From Gracilinanus agilis (taxonomy: Eukaryota): DNA of 64,000 nucleotides. A program made the translations under genes and the position numbers. Shown piece after piece: positions 47,699 through 60,300 of the stretch (position 1 is its first letter; the number at the start of each line of letters is the position of its first letter). The DNA lies in NCBI RefSeq assembly GCF_016433145.1, contig NC_058133.1, forward strand, positions 172,480,514 to 172,544,513, read 5' to 3'. The notes below the pieces were generated by a model. The model searched no databases. It saw only the letters and a program-made list of their open reading frames with translations, and was not told the DNA's origin.

Positions 47699-48767
47699 GT
47701 GAGTTTGGGGGAACCTGGGGGGGGACAATCCCATTCCAGTCTCCACAATACCCTGAGTCCAGCTGTAGCCCTAGCACTGAGACAGCATCTCTCTCAGGAC
47801 TTTTTGAGAGCCACCCCATCCCCACCTCCAGGCTCAGTGCCTCTTCTGAGACTGTTGAGCCCTCTTTTTGCCAGAGGTCAGTGTCACAAAACTGAGGGTT
47901 TTTCTTGTTATCTTCCAGAGGTTTGTTACTTTCCTTGCTTTTTCCCCCACCTCCCTCTCTCTCCTTTCCTGTCTCCATAGTCTGCCTTCCTGTTCTGTCT
48001 CTCTTGCCAAAACCATTCTGGTCACTAATCTTAAAGGATCTTCCTGCTGCCACCTCTGCCTCTCCTCCACAGCTTCTCTCTTTGCCAATCTGTCTCCAAA
48101 GAGGCGATGGTGTTAAGTGCGGTAAGACCAATCAGGTAATTAACCTCTATGTCCTTCTGAGTCAATCTTGGGGAAATTAGGCCAGTCAGGCCCTCCTAAG
48201 AGTACTATAATTTTTGAGCATCCACTTTCCAATTTGTACAGAGGGTGGAGAAGCTGTAGGGGCAGAAATGATGGGCTTGCTCAGCTCCTGTTCTGTCTGA
48301 GGTATGTGGGCCAAGAGGACTCAGCTCCAAGTTGGCTGGGGTTCTTGGGTAGTAAGATGGCACTGTTCAGAGGGACAGCAAGCTTTGGTGAGGCCAGCAG
48401 GGCCCTGGCAGTCTTGGGTCAGCATCCAAACACTCTGCAAATCTGACTGTTGGCATGGTTGTGGCTGGAGGTTGCCTGGCACCCTGGGGCACACCAACAA
48501 AGAGTGAGGTCATTGGAATGTCTGCAGAGACAGCTGTGGTTGGACTCACCTAGAACAGCTGGGGCCCTTTTCAGTCCCCCACCCTGCTGCCTTCCCGCCT
48601 TCCTTTCTATTCAGAAAGGTAACCAGTGGTCAGAGAGTATGACAATGATAGGGCCTGTGTGGGTGCTCTCCAAAACCCAATACTCTTAACCTTACAGACA
48701 TTCATGGGGCTCTGTTGTCTGCTAGACAAGGCTGGACTCATCTGGGCCTCTGTCTCTTGACCTTCAG

Positions 48768-48943
48768 GACAGCAGCTGACCTCTGAGGAGGATGCCATGC
48801 CTCAGTCCCTCATCAGGGACATTCTTCTGACTCTACCCCACTCAGTTCACACAGCAACTGTTCTCAGAGATCACCCAGAGGCCAGGCTGGCTCCCGGCCT
48901 AATTCACTGTGGAAGAACCAAGGTGTTCATGACTGACCCTATG
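48768..48943 (+). CDS. MYO19: MYO19 converter exon (GQQLTSEEDAMPQSLIRDILLTLPHSVHTATVLRDHPEARLAPGLIHCGRTKVFMTDPM)
   Basis: ccttcag| and |gtaagt; 176 nt; HCGRTKVFM motif. Confidence 0.94.
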
Positions 48944-49749
48944 GTAAGTGCTCTTCTTTGCAGTCATATAGGCCAGGGATCAGGGGCACCTGCAAAAATG
49001 AGGAATAAAAAGGAACCTGGGAAGAAAGCAAGTGAGAACAAGGAGAGCTCCAGAAACTCCTCCAGGGAAAAGGAAGAGCAGTTTTTAAAAAATGAGGCCT
49101 TTTCCCTCAAGCAACAAGACAGAGCTTCCTTGCCATTCCCCCCCCCCCTTTTTACTCTCATATACACCTATGACTCTAGCACCAAGAGGATTACACATAT
49201 GCATGCATGTATACATACACTCTCAAATGTTTTCATCATCCATCATAAAGCTATCAACAAGTCAGTCCAGTAGTGTTGAAGAACCTGCCACATGCCCTCA
49301 TAATAGAAGGAGCGTCTGTTCTCTAGGAGCTTCTAGTCTAATTAGGTTGGTGGGGGGCATAATTTATTTCCATGCAGCAATGAAAACAATACAAGACAAC
49401 ATGAAATCAAACACCAGTTGTGTGGTAGGCTCAAAACTGTAGGAATTCCAAGAAGGAATAATTCCATATAGTTTGGAGTGACTCAGGAAAACTTCCTGAA
49501 GGAGGTGGGACTTGAACAGAACCTTGAAAGATGTTAGGATATGTCATCCTTCATCCACTAAATATCAGTCTCACAAGATAAAATACCATCTATTATCTTA
49601 TTTTGTTGCTTTTTGAGATGATGAGAAACTAGCTGTGAAGATGAATTAGAAGGTTGGTCCTAAAGAAGAGAGATGCCACCAACTTTATTTTGTTGAAAGA
49701 GTTGGGGGTCTCTCTGGCAGCTGATGTCTCTAGGATCCCATCTCTCTCT

Positions 49750-49948
49750 CTCTTTTTTGAAACACTTTATGTCTTACAATCAATATTATGTACTGGTTCC
49801 AAGGCAGAAACGCAGTAAGGGCTAGGCAATGGGGGTTTAAGTGACTTGCCCAGGGTCACACAGCTAGGAAGTGTCTAAGGCCAGATTTGAACCTAGGACC
49901 TCCTGTCTCTAGGTCTGGCTCTCAATCCACTAAGCCACCCAGCTGCCC
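49750..49948 (-). mobile_element. SINE1-type element
   Basis: Consensus body, ends gctgcccc. Confidence 0.85.
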
Positions 49949-50319
49949 CATCCCACCTCTTTTTGATTTAAACTGGTAGTCGTAGGCTGGCCATATCATT
50001 CATATATATGTAGGTCTCAACCAAAAAAGCCCTTAGAAGATGACATTATAAACAAATTGGAGAAAGCATGGAAGAAATTATTGTTTAAATCACTTTGTGA
50101 CCCATTTAGGGTTTTCTTGGCAAAGGTACTGGAGTGGTTTGCCATTTCCTTCTCCAGCTTATTTTACAGATGAGGAAACTGAAGCAAACAGGGTTAAGTG
50201 ACATGCTCAGGATCACATAGTAAGTTTCTGAGGCTGGATTTGAACCTGGGTCTTTCCTGACTTCCAGATTCCCAGGCCTGGTGCTCTATCCACGGCACCA
50301 CTTAGCCTGCCCAATGAGA

Positions 50320-50520
50320 GATCACATGATAAAATGGGCAATTTTGACTACATAAAACTAAAAGGTTTTGCACAAACAAAACCATAGCAGATTTGAGAGG
50401 AAAAATCTGTTGCCAGTTTTTGACTGGGTCTCGTTTCCTAGATATATAAGGAACTGAGTCAGATTTATGAGAATAATAACCATTGCTCAATTGATGTGGT
50501 CAGAGGATATGAAAGTCAGT
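50320..50520 (+). mobile_element. L1 ORF2 internal fragment
   Basis: Similar to 30850-31250 (gattatattaaattaaaa, tgataaaggtctcatttc). Confidence 0.7.
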
Positions 50521-50634
50521 TTTCTAAAACGAAAGAGCCCTTGGATATCTTGTCTGACCATGAGCTCTACTCCATCTGATTAGAATGGAAATCTTGGCCT
50601 TCCTTCCCCTGTCACCCTCCTCCTGTCTCTATAG

Positions 50635-50764
50635 CTGGAGCTGCTAGAACACTGGCGAGTACAGACCCTGAATAAGTGTGCTCGAAGCATCCAGTTCTGC
50701 TGGCGGCGGCATCAACACAGAAAGCTGGAGAAGCAGAGATGGGCAGCCACTCTTCTCCAAGCAG
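50635..50764 (+). CDS. MYO19: MYO19 IQ-region exon (LELLEHWRVQTLNKCARSIQFCWRRHQHRKLEKQRWAATLLQA)
   Basis: ctatag| and |gtaaga; 130 nt; IQ-like motif. Confidence 0.95.
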
Positions 50765-51553
50765 GTAAGAAGCCCCAGCAGCTAAGAAAGAAGCCAATCC
50801 CCTGTCTCAGCATACCCTAAACCAGCTTCCCTGGCGGTCTTTAGCCAAAGCACCTGTCAGTGTGTATAGGTAAAAGCCAGATATTCCTCTGGCACCAAGT
50901 CTCCTTATGATGCATTTAACTAACTAGACTTCATCTACAGACTCTTGGCAAAAAACCTCTGCTGTAAGTAATTTGTAAGTGCTTCTCATTCATTCATTCT
51001 CCACCCAAACAATAATCACTGGATCATCAGCAGTACACAAAGAGATTAAGAACTCCTGATTTAAAGGGGAGAGATTCCCACTGAAGAAATTCTGAGCAAC
51101 CTGGCTCCATAGACACAGTCCCTTGATTCCATGGCAGAGGCTGGTAGTGTGCTCTTTTGGTTATTGATACCAATCAGGTTAGACAGCTTCAGAGGGACTT
51201 AATATGGAGGGAAAAGGGGAGACGACTCCCCAGTCCACAAGCCAGATCTTCCAGAAGCTCTTTCCCTTTGTGGATCATAGGCCAACCCTCACACACACAT
51301 TTTACAGATAGAAACCAAGTCTCAAGAGAGTTGGTGATTTACCCAGTCACACAGATAGGTATCAAAGATGGGATTTGAACCTAGGACCTTTTACTCCAGA
51401 GCCACTGCACCCGCTCTTTGCCTCCCCTAGATAACCCTTGGTTAGGTGCTCAAGCCATCAGGTACTCTCACAACAGAGGCAAGCCTTGGCAAATAAGTTC
51501 AGGTCTTGAATGGCCCTTTATTCCTTTCCTCTGATCTGTGATAAATCCACCAG

Positions 51554-51639
51554 CAACTCGATCCTGGTTAACACGGAAACGGATCCAAAGGCTACATGCT
51601 GCTGCAACCTCTATCAAGCGTGCCTGGAGGAAATGGAGG
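51554..51639 (+). CDS. MYO19: MYO19 IQ-region exon (ATRSWLTRKRIQRLHAAATSIKRAWRKWR)
   Basis: caccag| and |gtgagt; 86 nt. Confidence 0.96.
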
Positions 51640-52112
51640 GTGAGTACCTTCTTCCCAAGTTTGCCCTTTCTCTCTGGAAAGGGAGATAGCCATAAATGCA
51701 TAGCCGACCTGTTGAGACAGGAAGGAGAGAAAAAGAGTCCTGGGTGCTTCCTCTAGCCTTTCATTCATAAAATTATGTTCATCATTCACAGTGTTTTCCT
51801 CCAAGGCCATCAGAGGAAAACCTGTTTTTAGAGATGGAATAGGACTTGCCCCATTTCACTCTCCCTTATTTTATCAAGGAGAAAAGGAAGGCCCAAAGTG
51901 GAGAAGGCCAGGCTCTTTAGGAGTGGCAGACGTGGGCCTGGCATACAGGCTCCACCACCCTGTCACCCTACCACCCTTTGGGAGTGGCTTCACTTTCTAT
52001 TTCCCTAACACTACCCACAGAGATTTCATAGTGGCTATTAGGAATGATTTGCCAAGTGCCAGGGCAAAGGTTTGTGATAATAAAAGGCTTCTCATGTGAG
52101 TGTTCTTTGAAG

Positions 52113-52403
52113 GCCAAAATGGATTCCCTAGTATCCATAGAACTGGATAATGTGGAAGAAAGCTGCTTCAGCAGAGTGCCTGGGCCTCCACTGTCCACCA
52201 CACTGCCATGGCCTCCACGTTCCACGGTCCAGCTTTGGCCCCTGGGCCTTGTACTGTCAAACTCACCTGTGGGTGTAATCGGGATGCGGAGGAACCTGTC
52301 CCTGCAGGCCTGTCTACAGATTCCTTGTCACAGCAACACCTACAAGATAGAGGCCACCCAGCATGACCAGGCTGGCATCACCTCCATCAGAGCAGTGCCC
52401 CAG
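52113..52403 (+). CDS. MYO19: MYO19 tail exon, MyMOMA (mitochondrial outer membrane association) region (AKMDSL...QLWPLGLVLSN...QAGITSIRAVPQ)
   Basis: tttgaag| and |gtaagg; 291 nt; LWPLGLVL and QAG.TSIRA.PQ match recalled MYO19 tail. Confidence 0.93.
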
Positions 52404-52653
52404 GTAAGGAAGAGCTTCTAGCAGGGGCTACTACTGCTAATGTTAATAACAATAATAATAATATTTATATAGCCCTCTGCTCTTATTATCCCCATTATTA
52501 CAGATGAGCAAACTGGAACTGAGGTCAAGTGACTTGCCTGGGGTCACTCTAGTAAGGGTTTGATACAGGATTCAAACTCAGTTCTTGACTCCAAGACCAG
52601 CACTCCAGCCCCAGAGACATAGTGCTTCTAATAGGCTCACTGACCGTCTAGCC

Positions 52654-52858
52654 CAGTGATGGGCAAACTACGGCCTGTGGGCCAAATGTGGCCCCCTGAA
52701 ATGTTCTATCCGGCTGCACAACATCATTCCTAATCTGACGAATACAATGAGTAGGACACAATGCAATGAAACTTCGAAAGAGTTTGCCTTAGAAACAGAC
52801 TGACAGATGAGCATTTCCTTTCCTTTGGCCCCCTCTTTGAAACGTTTGCCCATTATTG
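52654..52858. mobile_element. hAT-type MITE
   Basis: TIRs CAGTGATGGGCAAAC / GTTTGCCCATTATTG; xTCTAxxx target-like flanks. Confidence 0.85.
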
Positions 52859-53589
52859 TTCTACAGCATAAAACAAATGTCAGGAACCCACTGGGATACA
52901 TCAGGACAAGGGATTTTTTCTTTAAATGGCAAACAGGCATTAATAGCATTGTCTAGTTCCTTTTCAGAGCTACAGCTGAGAATGTACCTAGTCTCTTTTA
53001 CTACTTCTGTGGCTTTCTGAAAACTCTTGTTTAATCCTCCCCTAATACCTTGATTCATAGCCCCAGTGTTTAATAAGTATTACCAATGTGCCTACTATGA
53101 AAAGAAAAATAAACCCTGTACTCAGGGAGCTGAAATTTGATAAATGTGTAAAAAATACAGTTTCTGCAAGGTTCAGGAAAGCCCCCACGTAGAAGGTAGG
53201 TAGTGCTGACCTGGCTCCCCCACCAACGTCACCCTATTAAGAGTTGTGGAAAACACAAATACAGTTTTCAATTAACAAGGCAAAAATTAACTTCCTTTAA
53301 ATATTAGCTCCCTTTTCCCCTCTTTTACTTCTTCTCCCCAGCCAAAAAAAGTTAGTATTAAAATATATAGAAGCACAACTTGGGAATCCCAACTGTCCTT
53401 CCCAGGTGGTTGGAATACAGCCCTTACTAGTTAACGAGATTAGCTAGTTAACCAAATGAATCTGTTTTCATTTACTAGTTAAGATGAATAAGCTAAATAG
53501 GAGAGAATGCTAATTTAATTCAACCTACTACTCTGACTAGAGAATAGACTGGTTATATTTACATGGCTGTAAAAAATAGATCTTGGCTA

Positions 53590-53815
53590 GCACACTGGGC
53601 CTGGAGTCAGGAAGAATTATCTTTCTAGGTTCAAATCTGACCTTATTGGTTAGCAAGTGTGAGATGACCCTGGACAAGTTACTTAAACCCCATTTTCTTC
53701 AGTTTCCTCATCTATAAATGAGCTGCAAAAGGAAATGGCCACCATCTAGTATCTCTGCTAAGAAAACCCCAAATGGGGTCACAAAGAATGAGATGCAACT
53801 GAAAAATGAATAGAA
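53590..53815 (+). mobile_element. CORE-SINE (MAR1/WSINE-like)
   Basis: cctggagtcaggaag head, cagtttcctcatctataaaatgagc core, aagaaaaccccaaatggggtcac tail; related copies at ~2470-2655 and ~50095-50310. Confidence 0.7.
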
Positions 53816-53942
53816 GAAAATATGAGTGTCCTTTAAATATTCTCTGGAATATATTATTAGAAGGTTTAGGGTGTAATGTGGGTGTTTGGGGCCTGTGTTC
53901 TCCCAGGGAATAAAGCCAAGAGCCATTTTATTGTCTCTCTAG

Positions 53943-54071
53943 GGTTCCATCAGGTTTCACTGCAAGAAGTCACCCTTGCTCTATGCCAACATCAGCCCTG
54001 AGCCACAGAACTGTGACATCACTGGTTTTAATCAAATCCTCCTGGACAGACACAGACTGATTGAAGTGTGA
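53943..54071 (+). CDS. MYO19: MYO19 last coding exon ([42 protein letters not shown])
   Basis: ctctctag| acceptor; TGA at 54069-54071; matches recalled GSIKFHCRKSPL...ITGFNQILL. Confidence 0.95.
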   Translation, partial: GSIRFHCKKSPLLYANISPEPQNCDITGFNQILLDRHRLIEV

Positions 54072-54578
54072 TTTTTCTCTGGTTGTTGGCCCCCACCCCC
54101 GGCCCCTGTATTGGGGGTGAGTCTCTGCACTTTTGCTAGGCCTCCAGATGCCTTTGTGAGTTGCACAATATATTCCTGACACCCAGTCACCTTCCCCCAG
54201 GGACTTGGATTATACCTGAGAGACCAAATCTCCCTGTGTGCCCTGAGCCCAGCTTTGCTTTTAGAAACACTGACTTCGACCACATTTAGCAGCTAGCTCT
54301 AATGGGGAGGGCCTTCAGGCACATGCTCCCTCCCCAGCCACAGTGTAGCTCCTTTCAGATAGGAAAAGAAAAAAAGGGTCAATGCAGATTTTTTACAGAA
54401 GAACTAGGACTATCCCTACCCTTGTGCCTACTGCTCTGTTGAGTAAAGCTAAAACTTAGCCACTCAGTTCTGTACATTGTCCTGGGGGAAGGAGTGGGAA
54501 TGTGGCCCAAATCAAACTATTTAAAGTTACTTCAAATGATTAGCTTATTCTGTATCAAAGATGAATCAGCAATTCCAT

Positions 54579-54584
54579 TTTATT
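54579..54584 (-). terminator. Putative ZNHIT3 polyadenylation signal AATAAA
   Basis: First TTTATT on + when moving downstream of the ZNHIT3 stop. Confidence 0.55.
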
Positions 54585-54721
54585 TAAATGTTATTACAAG
54601 TCACATCCAGGAACAGGCTGAGCCAAGCTGAGGATGTTTTAATTCAGATGCATATGAGAGGGAGACAAACTCTGCCAAATAAGCCCCTCTCCTAGGCTTG
54701 TCTTGATATGTACTATGAACA

Positions 54722-54727
54722 AATAAA
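54722..54727 (+). terminator. Putative MYO19 polyadenylation signal AATAAA
   Basis: First AATAAA on + after the MYO19 stop. Confidence 0.55.
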
Positions 54728-55010
54728 ATGTTTTTAAAAACCAGTCCATGTTGCCAACCAATACTTTTCTTATCACAAGATAAGCTATCTCTGTTGGATT
54801 TGAGCACACTGCTCACTGGTGGGGTAAAAAGCAGAGGCTGGAAAGTCTCAAGCCTTCCTGCTCCACTACAGCCAGCCTCTCAGGCTGAGCTCCTACTCTA
54901 GGGAATATTCCCTTGCTTAGGGCTCTATTCAAAATTCCAGAGTAGGGAGACAACCTCCAGTTTCCTCTTTCCAAGAGGCTGCCCAGTTCCTTCTCTGTGC
55001 TGGCAGGAAT

Positions 55011-55207
55011 TCATCCCTCTACATCCAAAGTGTTTTCTTTCTCAGGAGGGTCAACAATTCTCAGACAGCAGTCGGCAAACTCCACAAACAAGGGCTCTCG
55101 CATGTGGCTTTTCATAAGTGTCTCTTTGTCTTCTGCCTGGTCAATGCTGACCAGCAACTGTTGGAGGTGGGGATTGGTCAATAAGTTTCTTAATTCCTTC
55201 GAGTCCC
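55011..55207 (-). CDS. ZNHIT3: ZNHIT3 exon 5 ([65 protein letters not shown])
   Basis: ttttcaag| acceptor; NPHL and [12 protein letters not shown] (PAC domain) motifs; CDS total 474 nt = 157 aa + stop. Confidence 0.96.
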
Positions 55208-56324
55208 CTTGAAAAATAGACAAGAATTCGAGGGGTGAGTATGGCAGAACTAAAGGCAATGACCCATTGATTGTGGGGGTGGGGGGGCACAGGGTCTCTG
55301 GAAGTCAAATGTAAGAGAGGAAGCAGCTTTTACTAGGCTAAAGCTTCAACCACACCTAGCTACTTTATTACCTGCCCTATCATCTATTGCATCATTCACA
55401 CAGAAGTTGAAATTATCAGCATCAGAAGTAAATCCAAGATACAAAACCAACAATGCTAGACTACTAGGATAATTTTAGAGTAAGGATCTTGTTTTCAGAG
55501 TGTTTTTAAGAAAAAAAAAAAGTAACTTTTTTTTAAAGCCACCTGGGTTTCAAGAGAGGAAAAATGTTCTGTCACAAATTCTACCATTTCAGGAACCAGT
55601 TCTTACCAGGTACTTCACAAATAAAGAATTGCTTGTATGCATATTCCCCCCCCCCCCTTACCCCAAGAGAGGACATAACATTCCATCAGTACTAAGGTGA
55701 GTGGGCCCCAGAGCAAGCTTAATGATAAGACCAGACCATACACATGTTATACTTCATTTCTGAGGTCTTGCTGCTATGAGGCTAAATAAGGCAGTTGCTC
55801 TGGAGTAAAGGTACTTAAGTGAAGGAGTTAAGCCTCCAACATTACCTACTGCTTCGGCAAACCCACACAGGCCAAGTTTGAATAGAAGAAACTTGTCATC
55901 CTTATCTTGTCATCACTAGCTCATGATCATACAGAACTTTAAGCCACAGCACCACATGGAGAAAGGCCTAAATTTACAATGATGCTTATTTGGAATTTAC
56001 TGCTGTAGCCTAGTATTCCATGTTAAAAATAAACTTGGTGAGTTCTGATTTAACTCAAAGCACACACACATGCGTAAGTGGGACAAGGTAGTATCCTAAC
56101 AATAAAACTACAGGTGCTTGAAATACATGTAGGCATTATAATTTATTATTCATTAAACAGTATTCAAGCTTTTTCACTTTTTGCATAATTTGTTTAATAA
56201 TAAACTAGTCTCCTTCCCTTTAGTCATAATAGAAATTCAGCAAGAAATGTGCTTTGAATATCCCAAAGACAGCATTATAAGATCATTGATCAGAAGCAGC
56301 AGGGCCTTCAGAGATCATCTAGCT

Positions 56325-56514
56325 CAGTGGTTCCCAAACTATTTTGGCCTACCACCCCTTTTCCAGAAAAAAATATTTAGCCCCCTGGAAATTAATTTTT
56401 TTTTAATTTACTAGCAATTAATAGAAAAGATAAATGCACCTGTGGCCATCACCACCTCCCTGGATCGCTGCAGCACCCACCAAGGGGCAGTAGCACCCAT
56501 TTTGGGAATCACTG
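56325..56514. mobile_element. hAT (Charlie-type) MITE inserted in a MIR
   Basis: TIRs CAGTGGTTCCCAAA / TTTGGGAATCACTG; 8-bp TSD atctagct / atctagtc. Confidence 0.88.
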
Positions 56515-56891
56515 ATCTAGTCCAACTCCCTCATTTTACAGGTTAAGGAAGGGAACTGAGGAGGTTCAGAAAGTTGCTGAAGTGACTCATCCAATGCCCC
56601 AGCAATAAGCAGTGTCCTTTTCAATGCATTATGGAAAAATAATTCCTTACAGGGAGTTATTACTATGACAATATTTTTTGGAAATTTCTTGGGAAACCAG
56701 AGTCTGCATGTAATGATCTATAAACAGTTCCCTTACACAAGAGAGCTATAAAGATCCTCTTAATCTGTCAAGAATTGTTACATGATTATAGATTTTAGTT
56801 AAGTTTTAGCCTAATAAATACAAATATTTTCCATGCTATGTGCTGATTAAACCACATACAAGATTAGATGCAATAAATGACATTGGCTTAC

Positions 56892-56972
56892 CCAGATCCT
56901 TCAGTTTCCGAATAGACACTCTATCCTTTTCGTCATCACTGTCTAAGATATCAGCTACAGACCAATCATTAC
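56892..56972 (-). CDS. ZNHIT3: ZNHIT3 exon 4 (GNDWSVADILDSDDEKDRVSIRKLKDL)
   Basis: cttcttag| and |gtaagc; 81 nt; matches recalled SIADFLNSDEEEDRVS. Confidence 0.93.
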
Positions 56973-57215
56973 CTAAGAAGAAAAATGTTATTTGCTAACT
57001 TCCCTTCTTTTTATCTCCCCCTCCCCCCCAAGTAAGAAGGAAAGTCCTTTAATGCCATTAAGATGGTCACAAGAAGAGTTTTGCAAATAGTGCAACCCAC
57101 AGAGGGCATAGGTTCAAATCTCCTTCTGGCATAGCTATTATGAAGATAATCTCACAGTTCACTGCCTGGGTCTGAGTTTCCTCATCAGCAAATTAAAGGG
57201 TATTTAAGAGAAGTT

Positions 57216-57388
57216 TAGGTTGCTAAGTGTTTAGAGAACCAGACCTGGAGATGAAGGTCCTAGGTTCAAATTTGGCCTCAGACACTTCCTAGTTGTGTCA
57301 CCCTGGGCAAGTCACTTAATTCCAACTGCCTAGGCCTTACTGCTCTGCCTACTACTGATTCTAAGAAGGTATGGGTTTAAAAAAAAGA
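57216..57388 (+). mobile_element. SINE1-type element
   Basis: ggttcaaatttggcctcagacacttcc, A-tail. Confidence 0.75.
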
Positions 57389-58217
57389 GCATTAAGATTA
57401 GATGGCCTATAAGGTCCATTCCAGCTCTAACTCTATGATCTTTGATTCTCCAGGGCTCCACTGCCTAACAAGTAAAGGGAAGTGAACAACATTACAAATC
57501 TGTGATTCCAAAATACTTGATTTTCATAAAGTTTTCTGGGTGGAAGTCACCTAGGGAGGAAATAGTGAAACCAGTTCCATCCCCACCAACACTCATTATT
57601 TTGGACACTATTCATGGAACACTAAAAAAGAGGAAGAAGAAAAATGTTATGCTAGTATTCCTGTGTTCATCAACAATATCAGGCTATTTGTTAATGAAAC
57701 ATCAACAGGCTCAGCAAAAAAGCAGTTCTTAATTATGAGCACAAGTCACTGTGCTAGGAGCTGGAGAGCTGAGAAAACAAGGCTTTGTCTTCGAGGAGCT
57801 CACCTTCTACAAGAGAGGATGGGACAAATCAGTGAATGCAAAGTAGAGTGTGAAAAGAGCAAAGGAGGGATGCAGATGGCATGCCCCTCCAAGAAATTCT
57901 GAGGAGGAAGAGAGAACACTCAGAAGATCAGGTTAAACTTCCCAAAGGGATAACCTAGCAAGAGTTCCTACTGGACCCATTCTGCCACCTTCCTCAGAGA
58001 GGCTTACATTTTATGCATCCCCCTACAGCACTTAGCATAGCTTCAAACATGTAGTTTTGTAGGTGCTAAATAAAATACTTAATTGAACTCTCCATCCTTA
58101 GATCTGCCACCCTTTCTTTTGAGTGTGGGGCCTCTCATACGGTTGGTACTTGTCAATCTCTAAACTGAAAAAGCAGAAAGACATCAGCCAACCTTCACTC
58201 TCAGGAGCACCTTTTCC

Positions 58218-58360
58218 CCCCTTTAAACCCTTACCTTCTACTTTAAGGGCTAGCTAATGGGGGGTTAAGTAACTTGCCCAGGGTCACACAGCTAGCAAGT
58301 GTTTGAGACCAGAGTTCTCTAGATCTGGTTCTCAATCAGCTGAGTTGCCCAACTGCCCCC
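58218..58360 (-). mobile_element. SINE1-type element (internally deleted)
   Basis: cccttaccttct...gggtcacacagctag...ctgcccc. Confidence 0.7.
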
Positions 58361-59249
58361 TCAGTAGCACCAATACCACCTAGGACTTTTGGCCAAACTC
58401 CATTCATTTACCAATTTGAACCCTGGAGATTCCCTCTTGATGGCTTTCTCCAAACCCAAACAGCTGAATAATCAAAATCCATAACTGGGCCATCATATTT
58501 CCACTACAAATCAATACTTTATATCCTGCTCCAACTATCACTCCCTCACTATCAAACTGTTTTCCTCAAACATTGGCCCATTATATCCCCTTAGTCCTTT
58601 CTTTCCTAGCAAATGACCCCATCCTACTATTAAGAACATCACATGTGAGCTACCTCAACTTTCCTCCTCTGAATATTACCTACTCTTTCCTCCTTCCACC
58701 ATGTTTCAGAAGGGTTTTCACTTTTACTTTTCAAAATTGTCGACTCGTAGTCCTGCTCCCATCCCACCCTATGGCCTTGTTTCAGTTTTCTGTTCTGCCT
58801 TTTCCCTCTGCCTAAAAGCAAGTTCAGGTCTCCCTTACTCCATTGCTAAAGCTACTATTGGTCTCCCTGCATCACATCTCAACCCCATTCTAATCCATCC
58901 TCCACCAAAGTAGTTTTCATAAAATACAGGATTAGCTATATCACCACCTCCCTCCCCACTCAGTGACCCCTAGTACCTGGATCAGTTTCTCTGGCTGGAA
59001 TTAAAGTTCTTCACAATCTGGCTCCTTTAATTTTTTAAATACATTATTCAAATCCTCTTAAGGCCTAGATAACCAGGATGCTTCAGATCCCATCCCTATG
59101 CATGCCTGAGATGTAACCACCCACACAAAGATGTGGCACAATTTTGTCATGTAAATGTTTGGTTTTATCTCCCCTCCTTACTCTTCACCTTTCTTCAGGT
59201 CAGTTTCCCTAATCTACTCCTTAAGCCTTGATTCCAAAAAGTCACTTAC

Positions 59250-59330
59250 CTTTGTCCTCCAAAAACTTTGTTTTCACAAAACGATTGTCCGAATCTTTCT
59301 TAACAGGTGAGGGGTTGGAGATGCATTGCT
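59250..59330 (-). CDS. ZNHIT3: ZNHIT3 exon 3 (EQCISNPSPVKKDSDNRFVKTKFLEDK)
   Basis: tttttccag| and |gtaagt; 81 nt; phase 1->1; starts EQC as in eutherian ZNHIT3. Confidence 0.9.
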
Positions 59331-60004
59331 CTGGAAAAATTAAAAATCAAGGTCTCTATAGAATACAGGCCAACCCCAAGCAAGCATGAGCCTGGAGGAA
59401 TTTAAGAAGAAAAGCAGGGGCATGCACTATCAACCTTCACCCATTTACAGTTCAAAATACAGGAAGAAGTAAAAGATACCATTCTTCAGTGGTTCTGAGA
59501 CAATCTGGAAAGGACCAGGACAGAGATAAGGAAGGGGAAAAAAGAAATGAAAGAAAAAACTGGGGGGCGGGTGTGGGGGAGTCAAATGGGTCCGAAGTGC
59601 ATGGGGAAGACAGGACAGGAAGAAGTAAAGGGATCCGGGATAAGGGCAGGAGAGGATGGAGAAAAGACAGACTATATAGCAGAAGATAGTGGGATTAGAG
59701 AACAGGAGAGGACAGAGCGGAAGGATAGAATGGTGAGAGGAGAAAGCTGACAGAAGGGAAGAGTGGGGGAAAGAGGATCGAAGACGAAAGATAAAAGACA
59801 ACGGGGAGACGGCATGGGGCAGAGAGGGGAAGAGCGAAAGGATGGGTAAGAATTAAGGAAGAACAGAGACAGGAGATGATGGGGAAGTAAGAGAGGAACA
59901 GAGCTGGATGGAAGAAAGTAGGGAGCTCTCCGAGGCTTCAGGGTTGGCCGGGAGAAGTCACAGGGGCTTTGCTGGAGATCTGGGGGTGCCGAGACCCTAC
60001 CTAC

Positions 60005-60036
60005 CTTTGTGCTTCTTGTAGCAGGGGACGGAGCAG
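60005..60036 (-). CDS. ZNHIT3: ZNHIT3 exon 2 (CSVPCYKKHK)
   Basis: cttgcag| and |gtaggt; 32 nt; completes YCS..C..KH of zf-HIT. Confidence 0.95.
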
Positions 60037-60217
60037 CTGCAAGAGAACCAGGGATGGACGGATTAGGGCAGGAGAGCGGGCTCCTTCGGAGACGGGACCC
60101 GAAACTGCTGCAGTCTCCCCCCCGCCCGGCCTCCTGCGACCCCCACCCAAGTCCTGGCTTGGAGCGCATACGGACCAACCCGCTATCCCATCCCTTCCCT
60201 GCCGAAGTCGTACGTAC

Positions 60218-60300
60218 TACGGGACGCGGCAGGCGGGGCAGCGGTACTTCGGCCTCTCTTCGCACACGCCGCACACCGACACCAGACCTAGCGAAGACAT
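60218..60300 (-). CDS. ZNHIT3: ZNHIT3 exon 1 (MSSLGLVSVCGVCEERPKYRCPACRVPY), zf-HIT
   Basis: ATG at 60300; CxxC...YRCPAC zf-HIT motif; |gtacgt donor; 83 nt. Confidence 0.95.

Noticed and set aside
47550-48131. 193-aa - strand ORF
   Set aside because: Antisense to a MYO19 exon and pyrimidine-rich intron; no motif support.
59480-59504. 25-nt AG/GT-bounded candidate ZNHIT3 exon
   Set aside because: Not a multiple of 3 and weak donor (GTATCT); exons 2 and 3 already join in frame. At most a rare poison exon.
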